Shown here: positions 7,212 through 15,684 of the stretch, one piece after another
Layout: every line of letters starts with the position of its first letter
Position numbering within the stretch: position 1 is the first letter of the stretch
Assembly: GCA_905182385.1 (NCBI GenBank)
Contig: CAJJBS010000016.1
Span: forward strand, 1-57,820
Reading direction: 5' to 3'
DNA from: Fidelibacterota bacterium TCS55
GTDB taxonomy: Bacteria; Fidelibacterota; Marinisomatia; Marinisomatales; TCS55
DNA length: 57,820 bases
Notes under the pieces: generated by a model
What the model was told of the DNA's origin: nothing
The model's database searches: none
What the model saw: the letters and a program-made list of their open reading frames with translations, nothing else
Position numbers and translations under genes: made by a program

Positions 7212-9284
7212 ATGAACATTAAGAAATATTTAATTTTACCATTACTGTTGATTTCAATAATAATGGGACAAGATAACAAAAAATTCAATTTTGAATTTGA
7301 AGCGGACTCAATCGAATTGCGGGTTGGCGAATCAAAGGAAGTGACGATTAAGTTATTAGATGAGAGTGGGAACCTTGCTCAAAATCCATTTTATGTATTT
7401 GGTCAACGAAAAACTTTATCAGTCTCTCCTCGAATAAGTGATTCCACAGGCGTTGCAACTGTTACAGTTACAGCGCATAAGCCAGGGAGATTAAGTTTAA
7501 GCACTCAGTCTATTACAATAAAACGTGACGATCGAATTAGAGGAACTTTAGTTGTTAATGTGCCTTCACCTCCTGTAGATCGTATTATTTTTAATCAAAA
7601 ACCATCAAAGCTTTACGTCCAAACAGCAACAGCATTATCTGTTGAAGTATTTGATGAAGCAGATTTAAACAGATCAGAGTTAAACGTAAAATTGGAATCA
7701 AGCAATTCAGGTGTAGCTGATTTTGATGCGTTTGGAAACTTAGAAACAAAGAAAACGGGCAAGACAACAGTGTCTGCTACAGTTGAGGGCCTTACAGAGT
7801 CTTTTAATATTCGTGTAGTTAAAAACCCAACACGTAAAGTGACTCTTTCTATTGATAAAGAGGAAATTAGAACTGGGGATGTACTGGCTTTGAATGCAAA
7901 AGCTTTAAATAGAAGTGATAGAGCTATAAATGATGCACCAATAACCTATACTTATGTTGGCAAAGCAGATTACGGCATGTTCGGTTTACCGGCAGCAGGG
8001 TTAGTAACTGACGATGGTAGATTTGTAGCTGAAACTGCAGGTATGTATACTCTTATTGCTTCATCTGGTGGGTATTCAGCCCAGAAAACAATTAAAGTTG
8101 TCCCAAGAAATATTCAGAAAAAAGCAAAACTTATTGGACATGGGCTGATAACTGACGTCCTTACCAGTGACTTATGGGTTTGGGCTGGAGTAGATAAGCA
8201 CAAAGGAAAAGATTTTGCAGTTACTGGCACATGGGGATCTAATGGAGAAGCATACTTTTGGGATGTTACCAATCCTGATAGTATGATCGTTATTGATACG
8301 ATAACTGTAGATGCGCGAACTGTAAATGATGTGAAAATATCTGAAGATGGACGCGTAGGGGTTATGACAAGAGAAGGCGCCTCAGATAGAAAAAATGGCT
8401 TTGTGGTTTTAGATGTTACAGATCCATATAATGTTACAATAACAGCAGAGTACAATGATGACATGACAGGCGGAGTTCATAATGTATTTATATATGAAAA
8501 TCATATTTATGCTGTAAATAATGGCCGTAAATATGATATTATTAACATTGACGATCCTTCAAAACCAAGACGTGTTGGAGTCTATGAAATAGATACACCT
8601 GGTCACAGCCTTCATGATGTTTGGATTGAAGATGGTATAGCCTACTCTTCAAATTGGAGTGACGGAGTTGTTGCGGTAGACATTGGTGGAATGAAATTTG
8701 ATGAAGCTGATCGCTCTCAGTTGCAGTTTAACCCTTTGTTAGCAAAAGCGGGCAAGGGAAGTCCATCAAATCCAATTAAACTAGCTGAAATGGGTGATCC
8801 AAATGGCTTAAATCACGCGGCCTTTCCATTTTTAAGTAAGTCAACGGGCAACTTTTATATTATAGGGGGAGATGAGACTTTTCCTTGGGGTGTAATGGCT
8901 ACTAAAGGACAGCCTTCAAACCCAAGAGGAGGCTTTCATTTTTTAAATTTTACAGACCCGGATAACCCTAAAGAAGATGCGGTCTATCAGGTTCCAGAGG
9001 CAGGATCTCACAACATGTGGGTATATGATGATGTCTTGATGGCTGCTTTTTACCAAGGAGGATTGCGCTTTGTAGATATATCTGGTGAATTACTTGGCGA
9101 TATTTATAATCAAGGGCGCGAGATTGCTGTATACCTTTCTGCACATAAAGAAGGAAAAATCCCTAACTCAACAATGGTCTGGGGAGCTCAGCCTTATAAA
9201 GATTATATATTCATTGCAGATATGAATTCAGGGCTCTATTGTATTCAATTAGAGGATTTAGAAAAAGGATCAGGTGCACCATAA
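7212..9284 (+). CDS. Exported Ig-like (Big_2-type) repeats plus LVIVD-type beta-propeller protein, paralog 1
   Basis: 690 aa. A strong RBS (AGGAGG) lies upstream, and a signal peptide is present. The N-terminal half has Big_2-like motifs (LRVGESKEVTIKL.., SSNSGVADFDAFGNLETKKTGKTTVSA). The C-terminal half has about 7 repeats ending in LVIVD-like strands (GFVVLDVTDP, YDIINIDDPSKP, GVVAVDIGG, GLRFVDISG, GLYCIQLED). Confidence 0.8.
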   Translation: MNIKKYLILPLLLISIIMGQDNKKFNFEFEADSIELRVGESKEVTIKLLDESGNLAQNPFYVFGQRKTLSVSPRISDSTGVATVTVTAHKPGRLSLSTQSITIKRDDRIRGTLVVNVPSPPVDRIIFNQKPSKLYVQTATALSVEVFDEADLNRSELNVKLESSNSGVADFDAFGNLETKKTGKTTVSATVEGLTESFNIRVVKNPTRKVTLSIDKEEIRTGDVLALNAKALNRSDRAINDAPITYTYVGKADYGMFGLPAAGLVTDDGRFVAETAGMYTLIASSGGYSAQKTIKVVPRNIQKKAKLIGHGLITDVLTSDLWVWAGVDKHKGKDFAVTGTWGSNGEAYFWDVTNPDSMIVIDTITVDARTVNDVKISEDGRVGVMTREGASDRKNGFVVLDVTDPYNVTITAEYNDDMTGGVHNVFIYENHIYAVNNGRKYDIINIDDPSKPRRVGVYEIDTPGHSLHDVWIEDGIAYSSNWSDGVVAVDIGGMKFDEADRSQLQFNPLLAKAGKGSPSNPIKLAEMGDPNGLNHAAFPFLSKSTGNFYIIGGDETFPWGVMATKGQPSNPRGGFHFLNFTDPDNPKEDAVYQVPEAGSHNMWVYDDVLMAAFYQGGLRFVDISGELLGDIYNQGREIAVYLSAHKEGKIPNSTMVWGAQPYKDYIFIADMNSGLYCIQLEDLEKGSGAP

Positions 9285-9322
9285 AAAGAGGATTTAGAAA
9301 AAGAATCAAGTGCGTCATAAAA
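9251..9322 (+). repeat. 36-nt tandem direct duplication of the gene 3' end, including its stop codon
   Basis: 9251-9286 (agaggatttagaaaaaggatcaggtgcaccataaaa) and 9287-9322 (agaggatttagaaaaagaatcaagtgcgtcataaaa) match at 32 of 36 positions. The second copy is in frame behind TAA 9282-9284 and ends with its own TAA at 9318-9320. Confidence 0.9.
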
Positions 9323-9336
9323 AATTGGAGAAAACT

Positions 9337-11391
9337 ATGAAAAAACTATATATACTTATATTAATCACTTTTAGTCTTGCTTTGGGACAAGAGAATTCTG
9401 AAAAAAAAGAAGCGAAGCACAGCTTTGTTTTTGAACCAGACTCCATCTCATTAAACATTGGTGAAACCAGAACGGTTACTATTAAACTTGTTGATGCTGA
9501 TGGAAATTTAGCCAAGACTCCTTTCTACGTTTATGGTAGACCAAGGCGTGCATTAGAATCAAGTCCAAGAATAAGTGATTCTACAGGCGTTGCTACAGTT
9601 ACACTTAAAGCGTTTAAACCAGGGAAGTTAAGCTTAAGTGTTAGAAGCATAGCTCAGAAAAGAGAAGATAGAGTGATGGGAAGTATGCCGGTTGAGGTTC
9701 CTTTTCCACCATTGGATAGGATTGTCTTTAATGAACCGGTTTCTAAAGTATATGTCGGAACATCTGTAAATTATAAAACAGAAGTTTTTGATAAAGCAAA
9801 TTTAAAAAGGACAGAATCAAAGGTGCTACTTTCATCAAGTAATTCAGATGTTGCTGAATTTGATAGTTATGGAAATTTAATAGCAAAAAAATCTGGTAAG
9901 ATTACACTGATTGCTTCAGTTGATGATATTAAAGAGAGCTTAAAAATAAAAGTATCGAAAAACCCTGTTCGCAAAATTAGCTTGACGGCTGATGAATCTG
10001 AAATTAGAACTGGAGATGTCTTACAATTCAACGCGCGAGCAATGAATAGGTCTAATAAGGTTATAAAAGACATCCCTATAACTTATTCTTACACAGGTCG
10101 TGCAGAGTATGGCATTGGATTGCCAGCATCAGCTTTAATTAATAAAGATGGAAAATTTGTAGCAGAGACTCCAGGTATTTTTACTGTAATTGCGCAATCT
10201 GGAGGTTTTTCAGCAAGAAAAACAGTTGAAGTTGTCCAACGAAATGTTAAAAAAGAAGTTAAGGTTGTAGGCCATGGAACCGTTGATGGTGTGAATACTT
10301 CAGATTTATGGGTATGGCCTGGAGTAGGTAAGCATAAAGGGAAAGACTTTGCTGCTACAGGAACATGGGGTGCGAATGGAGAGGCTTATTTTTGGGATGT
10401 AACAGAACCTGAGAATATGTATATCATTGATACCGTTACAGTTGACGCGAGAACGGTAAACGATGTCAAAGTTTCAGAGAATGGTGAAGTAGCTGTCATT
10501 ACTAGAGAAGGCGCATCAAATAGAAAAAATGGATTTGTTGTTCTAGATATTAGAGATCCATTTAATGTAAAAATTACAGCAGAGTATAATGATGATATGA
10601 CAGGTGGAGTTCATAATGTATTTATATATGAAAATCATGTTTATGCTGTTAATAATGGTCGTAAATACGACGTAATTAATATTGAAGACCCCTCTAAACC
10701 ACGAAGAGTGGGTCGCTATGAACTAGATACTCCAGGTCATGGAGTTCATGATGTTTGGGTAATAGATGGTCTTGCATATTCATCTAATTGGGCAGATGGT
10801 GTTCACGTTGTAGATGTTGGTGCAAAAAAATTCAATGAAAAGGACCGCTCTAAGAACCAGTATAACCCTTTTCTTGCTATGGCTAATGGCGATGGAAGCC
10901 CGGGAAACCCGATTAAGTTAGGTGGGATGGCAGATCCAAATGGTCATAATCATGCAGCTTTTCCTTTTATAAGTCAATCATCAGATAAATTTTATCTTAT
11001 CACTGGCGATGAATATGGTGGCCCATTTGGTATGGCTGGAGGGTTTCATTTCCTTGACTTTACAGACCCAAGTGACCCAAAAGAAACAGCGGTTTATCAA
11101 GTTCCAGAGGCTGGCTCTCATAATCACTGGGTTCATGGAGATACTTTATTAGCTTCATATTACCAAGGAGGGCTACGAGTCGTAGATATATCAGGTGAAT
11201 TAATGGGAGATATATATGCTCAAGGAAGAGAGATTGCTTTTTTTATGTCAAGTGATCCTAAAGGGTTTGTAGCAAATCGCCCAAATGTTTGGGGAACAAT
11301 GCCGTACAAAGGCCTGATTTATTTTTCAGATATGAATAATGGCTTGTGGGCAATCAAATTAGAAGATCAAAAACAAATGGGAACTAACTAG
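9337..11391 (+). CDS. Exported Ig-like (Big_2-type) repeats plus LVIVD-type beta-propeller protein, paralog 2
   Basis: It is colinear with 7212-9284 and shares long identical runs (SPRISDSTGVATVT, TAEYNDDMTGGVHNVFIYENH, AVYQVPEAGSHN). I prefer ATG 9337 (GGAG RBS, MKKLYILILITFSLALGQ leader) over the track's GTG 9310. Confidence 0.8.
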   Translation: MKKLYILILITFSLALGQENSEKKEAKHSFVFEPDSISLNIGETRTVTIKLVDADGNLAKTPFYVYGRPRRALESSPRISDSTGVATVTLKAFKPGKLSLSVRSIAQKREDRVMGSMPVEVPFPPLDRIVFNEPVSKVYVGTSVNYKTEVFDKANLKRTESKVLLSSSNSDVAEFDSYGNLIAKKSGKITLIASVDDIKESLKIKVSKNPVRKISLTADESEIRTGDVLQFNARAMNRSNKVIKDIPITYSYTGRAEYGIGLPASALINKDGKFVAETPGIFTVIAQSGGFSARKTVEVVQRNVKKEVKVVGHGTVDGVNTSDLWVWPGVGKHKGKDFAATGTWGANGEAYFWDVTEPENMYIIDTVTVDARTVNDVKVSENGEVAVITREGASNRKNGFVVLDIRDPFNVKITAEYNDDMTGGVHNVFIYENHVYAVNNGRKYDVINIEDPSKPRRVGRYELDTPGHGVHDVWVIDGLAYSSNWADGVHVVDVGAKKFNEKDRSKNQYNPFLAMANGDGSPGNPIKLGGMADPNGHNHAAFPFISQSSDKFYLITGDEYGGPFGMAGGFHFLDFTDPSDPKETAVYQVPEAGSHNHWVHGDTLLASYYQGGLRVVDISGELMGDIYAQGREIAFFMSSDPKGFVANRPNVWGTMPYKGLIYFSDMNNGLWAIKLEDQKQMGTN

Positions 11392-11399
11392 GATTTAAA

Positions 11400-12572
11400 A
11401 TGAAACGATTTACTCAATTTATACTAATATCCTTGATTGCAACTTTTTCACTAAGTGCCAAAGATTATTATATCTATTGTGCAACAGAATCTGAAGATGA
11501 AGTTGCTCTTATTAGGTTTGATGGTAAAACAGCACATGTTGAAAAACGTATTCCAGTTGGTGTTTGGCCATTAGAAATTGAAGGTCCTCATGGAATAACT
11601 GTATCACCAGATGGTGATTATTGGTATCTATCAATGGCTCACGGTCTTCCTTATGGTCATTTGTATAAATATAAAACAGGCTCAGATGAAATGGTTGATC
11701 GTGTAGAGCTAGGATTATTTCCAGCAACAATGGGAATTTCTAATGCCACTGGTTTAATATATATTGTTAATTTTAATTTACATGGAGGTCATACGGAGCC
11801 AAGCACTGTATCGATTGTCGATCCAGATGAAATGATTGAAATTGACCGAGTTGAAACAGGTATTATGCCGCACGGATCTAGATTGTTAAATAATGGACTA
11901 AAACATTATTCAGTTGCTATGATGTCAGGCATTTTATATGAAATTGATGCAATGACAATGCAAGTTACGCGGACCATGTCTACATCCCCCCCTCAAAAGA
12001 AAATGAATGCTCATAGTGGTCATAATATGAAAAAAATGGATCATGGGAGCATGAAAATGAGTAAAAATAAAGGGACGTCTAATAAAGATAAAAATGAAAT
12101 AGCAGCCATGGGAGAAATGAACCATGAGATGCCACCAGAGAAACCTACATGGGTATCCCCCCACCCAAATGATGATTTACTCTATGTAGTAAATAATGGT
12201 ACGGACAATGTGGTAGAAATCAATGTAAAAAGCTGGAAAGTAATACGCACTTTCAAAACAGATAAAGCGCCTTATAATTGTGAAGTGACTCAGGATGGAA
12301 GACACCTTGTTGTTACTTATAAAGGTGCTGCTAAAACGGGAGTTTGGGATTTAAAAACTGGTAAAGAAATAGCAAAGTTTAATAATACACGTAAAGTTAC
12401 GCACGGCGTTGTTATCTCTCCTGATAGTCGTTATGCTTTTGTTTCAGTTGAGGGAATAGGAAAAGAACCTGGTTCAGTGGAAATTTTTGACTTAAAAGAA
12501 TTAAAGGCCGTTGCTGTTGCTGAAATAGGTAAGCAAGCTGGTGGTATTGCTTTCTGGAAAATGGAAAATTAG
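11400..12572 (+). CDS. Exported YVTN-type beta-propeller protein with a Met/His-rich insert
   Basis: 390 aa with a signal peptide. It has YVTN-like repeats (PHGITVSPDGDYWYLS, LYVVNNGTDNVVEI, VTHGVVISPDSRYAFVS). Residues 193-249 form a low-complexity insert with 9 Met and 4 His (MNAHSGHNM, MDHGSMKM, MGEMNHEM). Confidence 0.75.
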   Translation: MKRFTQFILISLIATFSLSAKDYYIYCATESEDEVALIRFDGKTAHVEKRIPVGVWPLEIEGPHGITVSPDGDYWYLSMAHGLPYGHLYKYKTGSDEMVDRVELGLFPATMGISNATGLIYIVNFNLHGGHTEPSTVSIVDPDEMIEIDRVETGIMPHGSRLLNNGLKHYSVAMMSGILYEIDAMTMQVTRTMSTSPPQKKMNAHSGHNMKKMDHGSMKMSKNKGTSNKDKNEIAAMGEMNHEMPPEKPTWVSPHPNDDLLYVVNNGTDNVVEINVKSWKVIRTFKTDKAPYNCEVTQDGRHLVVTYKGAAKTGVWDLKTGKEIAKFNNTRKVTHGVVISPDSRYAFVSVEGIGKEPGSVEIFDLKELKAVAVAEIGKQAGGIAFWKMEN

Positions 12573-12579
12573 TTTCTAA

Positions 12580-13077
12580 CTACTTTACTTCTCTCGAAGT
12601 TCCAGTCATAGCTAGGACGATTTCAGTGCTCTCTTTGAATGAAGTGTGCTGAATAGTGGTAGCTTTATAAAAATAATATATCGTCAATAAATAAAGCACA
12701 TGAAACCACCATTCAGATATACTTCCACTTGTATTTAGCTTTATAAAAAAAACTCCATCTACAATTACCATTGCAATAAAAAGCATAGTTAGCATCATTG
12801 TTGGAGGGTAAAGTTTTCTCTTTATAGCAAACATTTGTTTATAAAGGCTGTCCCCCAGTTCAAGGTGAGACTCAAGATATTCTCTTACATTAACACCTGT
12901 ACCAACAAAAAAGAACATAACTAATGTTTGACCAGCGATAAAAATAATGCTGACTATTAAATCTAATGTTATATGGTTTTGAGCCCAAATATCAAAATAA
13001 TGATTTATGCCAATTAAGGTAAGCCCAAAACCTGAAAGGACAATCAACACATATGAAAAAGTCATGAAAAACCACAT
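12580..13077 (-). CDS. Hypothetical integral membrane protein (about 4 TM segments)
   Basis: 165 aa with four long hydrophobic segments and no recognisable motif. It is convergent with the propeller gene, with a 7-nt gap. Confidence 0.55.
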   Translation of the reverse strand: MWFFMTFSYVLIVLSGFGLTLIGINHYFDIWAQNHITLDLIVSIIFIAGQTLVMFFFVGTGVNVREYLESHLELGDSLYKQMFAIKRKLYPPTMMLTMLFIAMVIVDGVFFIKLNTSGSISEWWFHVLYLLTIYYFYKATTIQHTSFKESTEIVLAMTGTSREVK

Positions 13078-13085
13078 TTTAGATC

Positions 13086-14183
13086 CTAAACATTAAAATG
13101 GAAAAAAATACAATCACCATCACGCACAATATAATCTTTTCCTTCTAGTTGAGCCAAGCCTGCATCTTTAACTTTTTTTTCTGAACCATGCGTAAGTAGG
13201 TCTTCATATTTAATTACTTCTGCTTTAATAAAGCCCCTCTGAAAGTCAGTATGAATCTCTCCTGCAGCTTCTGGAGCTGTTGCCCCTTTTTTAATTGTCC
13301 AGGCCCTGACCTCAGTTGGTCCACCAGTAAAATAAGTTTCTAAACCTAATAATTTAAAGCTGGTATGAATTAATTTATTAAGTCCGGGCTCATTTAAATT
13401 ATATTCTTCCATAAACATATCTTTCTCATCTTCATCCAATGTGGCAATCTCTTGTTCTATCTTTCCACAGAGCCTTATGGCTTTATTATTTTCTCTTTTG
13501 GCAAGATCATAAAGAGCTTTAACATGTAAGTTTGTATTACTTTTTAAAATTTCGTTTTCATCAACATTAGCAACATATAGAATTGGTTTTCTAGTAAGGA
13601 GAAAAAGACTTTTTATTATTTCGAACTCTTCTTCTTCTGCATTAAAGGTCCTTGCCATTTTACCTTCATCGCAGTGCGCTTTTAATTTTAGAACTATGTT
13701 AAGTTCTTTTTGAGCTTTCTTCTCTTTTTTTGCTAGCTTATTTAATCTATACACGCTCTTTTCTAAAGTTTCTAGATCTGCTAGCAAAAGCTCAGTTTCA
13801 ATAAGCTCAGCATCTCGTAGAGGATCTATATTCCCTTCAACATGGGTAATATTTTCATCTTCAAAACACCTTACTACATGGATAATTGCAGATACTTGTC
13901 GAATTTGACTTAAAAATTGATTTCCTAGTCCCTCTCCTTTGCTTGCCCCTTTAACTAGCCCTGCGATATCAGTGAATTCAACTGATGCTGGTGTTATTTT
14001 TTCTGGATTAAAAATACTTTTAAGTTTAGGGAGTCTTGAGTCAGGTAGAGAAACAATTCCCATGTGTGGTTCAATTGTACAAAAGGGGTAATTTTCTGCA
14101 GGTACAGAAGATTTAGTAAGAGCATTAAAAATAGTAGATTTACCAACATTTGGTAACCCGACAATACCACAACGTAACGCCAT
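13086..14183 (-). CDS. ychF: Ribosome-binding ATPase YchF
   Basis: 365 aa with the P-loop GLPNVGKST, the DIAGLVKGAS G3 region and a C-terminal TGS-like end (..DGDCIFFHFNV). Confidence 0.95.
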   Translation of the reverse strand: MALRCGIVGLPNVGKSTIFNALTKSSVPAENYPFCTIEPHMGIVSLPDSRLPKLKSIFNPEKITPASVEFTDIAGLVKGASKGEGLGNQFLSQIRQVSAIIHVVRCFEDENITHVEGNIDPLRDAELIETELLLADLETLEKSVYRLNKLAKKEKKAQKELNIVLKLKAHCDEGKMARTFNAEEEEFEIIKSLFLLTRKPILYVANVDENEILKSNTNLHVKALYDLAKRENNKAIRLCGKIEQEIATLDEDEKDMFMEEYNLNEPGLNKLIHTSFKLLGLETYFTGGPTEVRAWTIKKGATAPEAAGEIHTDFQRGFIKAEVIKYEDLLTHGSEKKVKDAGLAQLEGKDYIVRDGDCIFFHFNV

Positions 14184-14223
14184 AAGAAATCCTAGTCTTA
14201 ATAAGTTATATTTTTAGAAAGAA

Positions 14224-14769
14224 TTAAAAAGGGTCTGTTGCTGGATCTTTACCATAGTCCCAAGTTAAAGTTTCAAATAAACCAACTTGAAGATCTTTAG
14301 CAAAATAAATAGCTTTATCTTTAACCTTTAAAACAGCGTCGCCCCAAACCATATGAGTTGGGCGGGTAATATATTTTTTTATATCAATTTGATAAGTAAT
14401 TTTTTCATGAAAAGGTCTAACCTGTCCTTTAAATTTTAATTCCTTAACGCCTAGAGCGCGACCTTTTCCTTCTCCACCGATCCAAGTAAGAAAAAACCCA
14501 ATTAACTGCCAAAAGCCATCTAGCCCTAAGCAACCGGGCATAACGGGATCTCCTTTAAAATGGCAGTCAAAGAACCACTGTGCTTGATTAATATCAAGTT
14601 CAGCCTTTATTTCGCCCTTACCGTATTTTCCACCTTCATCAGAGATATGTAGAATGCGATCCATCATTAGCATTGGTGGAGCTGGAAGCTTACCTCTCTC
14701 TGCGCCAAACAACTTTCCTAGTCCACTGTTAATTAGATCTTCTTTTGAATAACTTTCTCTACGCGACAT
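14224..14769 (-). CDS. fabA: 3-hydroxydecanoyl-ACP dehydratase/isomerase
   Basis: 181 aa with the FabA-type hotdog motif FFDCHFKGDPVMPGCLGLDGFWQL and a typical N-terminus (SYSKEDLI..). Confidence 0.9.
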   Translation of the reverse strand: MSRRESYSKEDLINSGLGKLFGAERGKLPAPPMLMMDRILHISDEGGKYGKGEIKAELDINQAQWFFDCHFKGDPVMPGCLGLDGFWQLIGFFLTWIGGEGKGRALGVKELKFKGQVRPFHEKITYQIDIKKYITRPTHMVWGDAVLKVKDKAIYFAKDLQVGLFETLTWDYGKDPATDPF

Positions 14770-14892
14770 AATTTTCTCCTAAATAATATCTTAATTTAGG
14801 TAATTTATATAATTAATTTGAGAATCATTTCTATATCATTTTTTTGATGAAATTGTATGCATAAATTAAATCTTTAAATTTGGAGAAATAAA

Positions 14893-15675
14893 ATGTCTGA
14901 ATGGGTATTATTATTAGGAGGCTCTACGGGACACGGAGCCGCAACTGCAAAAAAGTTAGCTAAGGATGGATATGGTATTATTGCCTTTCATTTTGATAGA
15001 GGTGAAGCAAAAAAGTTAGCTCAAGAAACAATTGATCAAGTAAATGAACTTACAAATGGACGATGTCATTATTTCAACACTAATGCGGCATCGGAAGAAA
15101 CGATTGATAAATATTTGCCAGAAATTGAAAAAATTACAAATGGTAAGCCATTAAAGCTTTTACTTCATTCTATTGCATTTGGAACAACAACAAATTTTTT
15201 TGGTGAAAAGCCCGTTACCCAGCGTCAGATGGATATGACAATACATGTTATGGGTAATTCATTACTTTACTGGACGCAAAAACTTTTTGGCAAAGGCTTA
15301 CTTGGGAAGGGCTCTCGTATAATGGGCTTAACCAGTGAAGGAAATTATTTAGCAATGGAAGGATATGGACCTGTTAGTGTAGCTAAAGTTGCAATGGAAG
15401 CAATAATTCGTCAAATTGGTTGGGAGTTGGGGCAATATGGAATAACAGCAAATGCTATTCAGGCAGGAATAACACCAACCAGAGCTCTTACTAAAATTAC
15501 GGATCGTTGGGAAGAGTGGATTGAAAGCACAAAAAAAAGAAACCCCATGCGAAGAACAACAATGCCAGAAGATATAGCGGGAACTATTTCTTTGTTGTTA
15601 AAGCCCGAAGCTGACTTTATTAACTGTTCAACAATATATTGTGATGGTGGAGAACACCGCTCAGGGACTATTTAG
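14893..15675 (+). CDS. SDR-family reductase with the enoyl-ACP-reductase-type Y-x6-K signature (FabI/FabL-like)
   Basis: 260 aa with the glycine-rich loop LLGGSTGHGAA, HSIAFG, and YGPVSVAK (Y-x6-K rather than the classical YxxxK). It is divergent from fabA. Confidence 0.6.
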   Translation: MSEWVLLLGGSTGHGAATAKKLAKDGYGIIAFHFDRGEAKKLAQETIDQVNELTNGRCHYFNTNAASEETIDKYLPEIEKITNGKPLKLLLHSIAFGTTTNFFGEKPVTQRQMDMTIHVMGNSLLYWTQKLFGKGLLGKGSRIMGLTSEGNYLAMEGYGPVSVAKVAMEAIIRQIGWELGQYGITANAIQAGITPTRALTKITDRWEEWIESTKKRNPMRRTTMPEDIAGTISLLLKPEADFINCSTIYCDGGEHRSGTI

Positions 15676-15684
15676 TTTCTTAAA

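Noticed and set aside
7212-11391. The propeller pair might be nitrous-oxide reductase (NosZ) or a nos cluster.
   Set aside because: There is no C-terminal cupredoxin/CuA motif (Cys-x3-Cys-x3-His-x2-Met). The proteins are almost cysteine-free, they carry N-terminal Ig-like domains instead, and no nosD, nosF, nosY or nosL genes lie nearby.
8114-12164. Track ORFs 8114-8464(-), 9315-9515(-), 9867-10073(-), 11512-11730(-) and 11934-12164(-).
   Set aside because: They are antisense shadows inside the propeller genes, with no signal, motif or RBS support.
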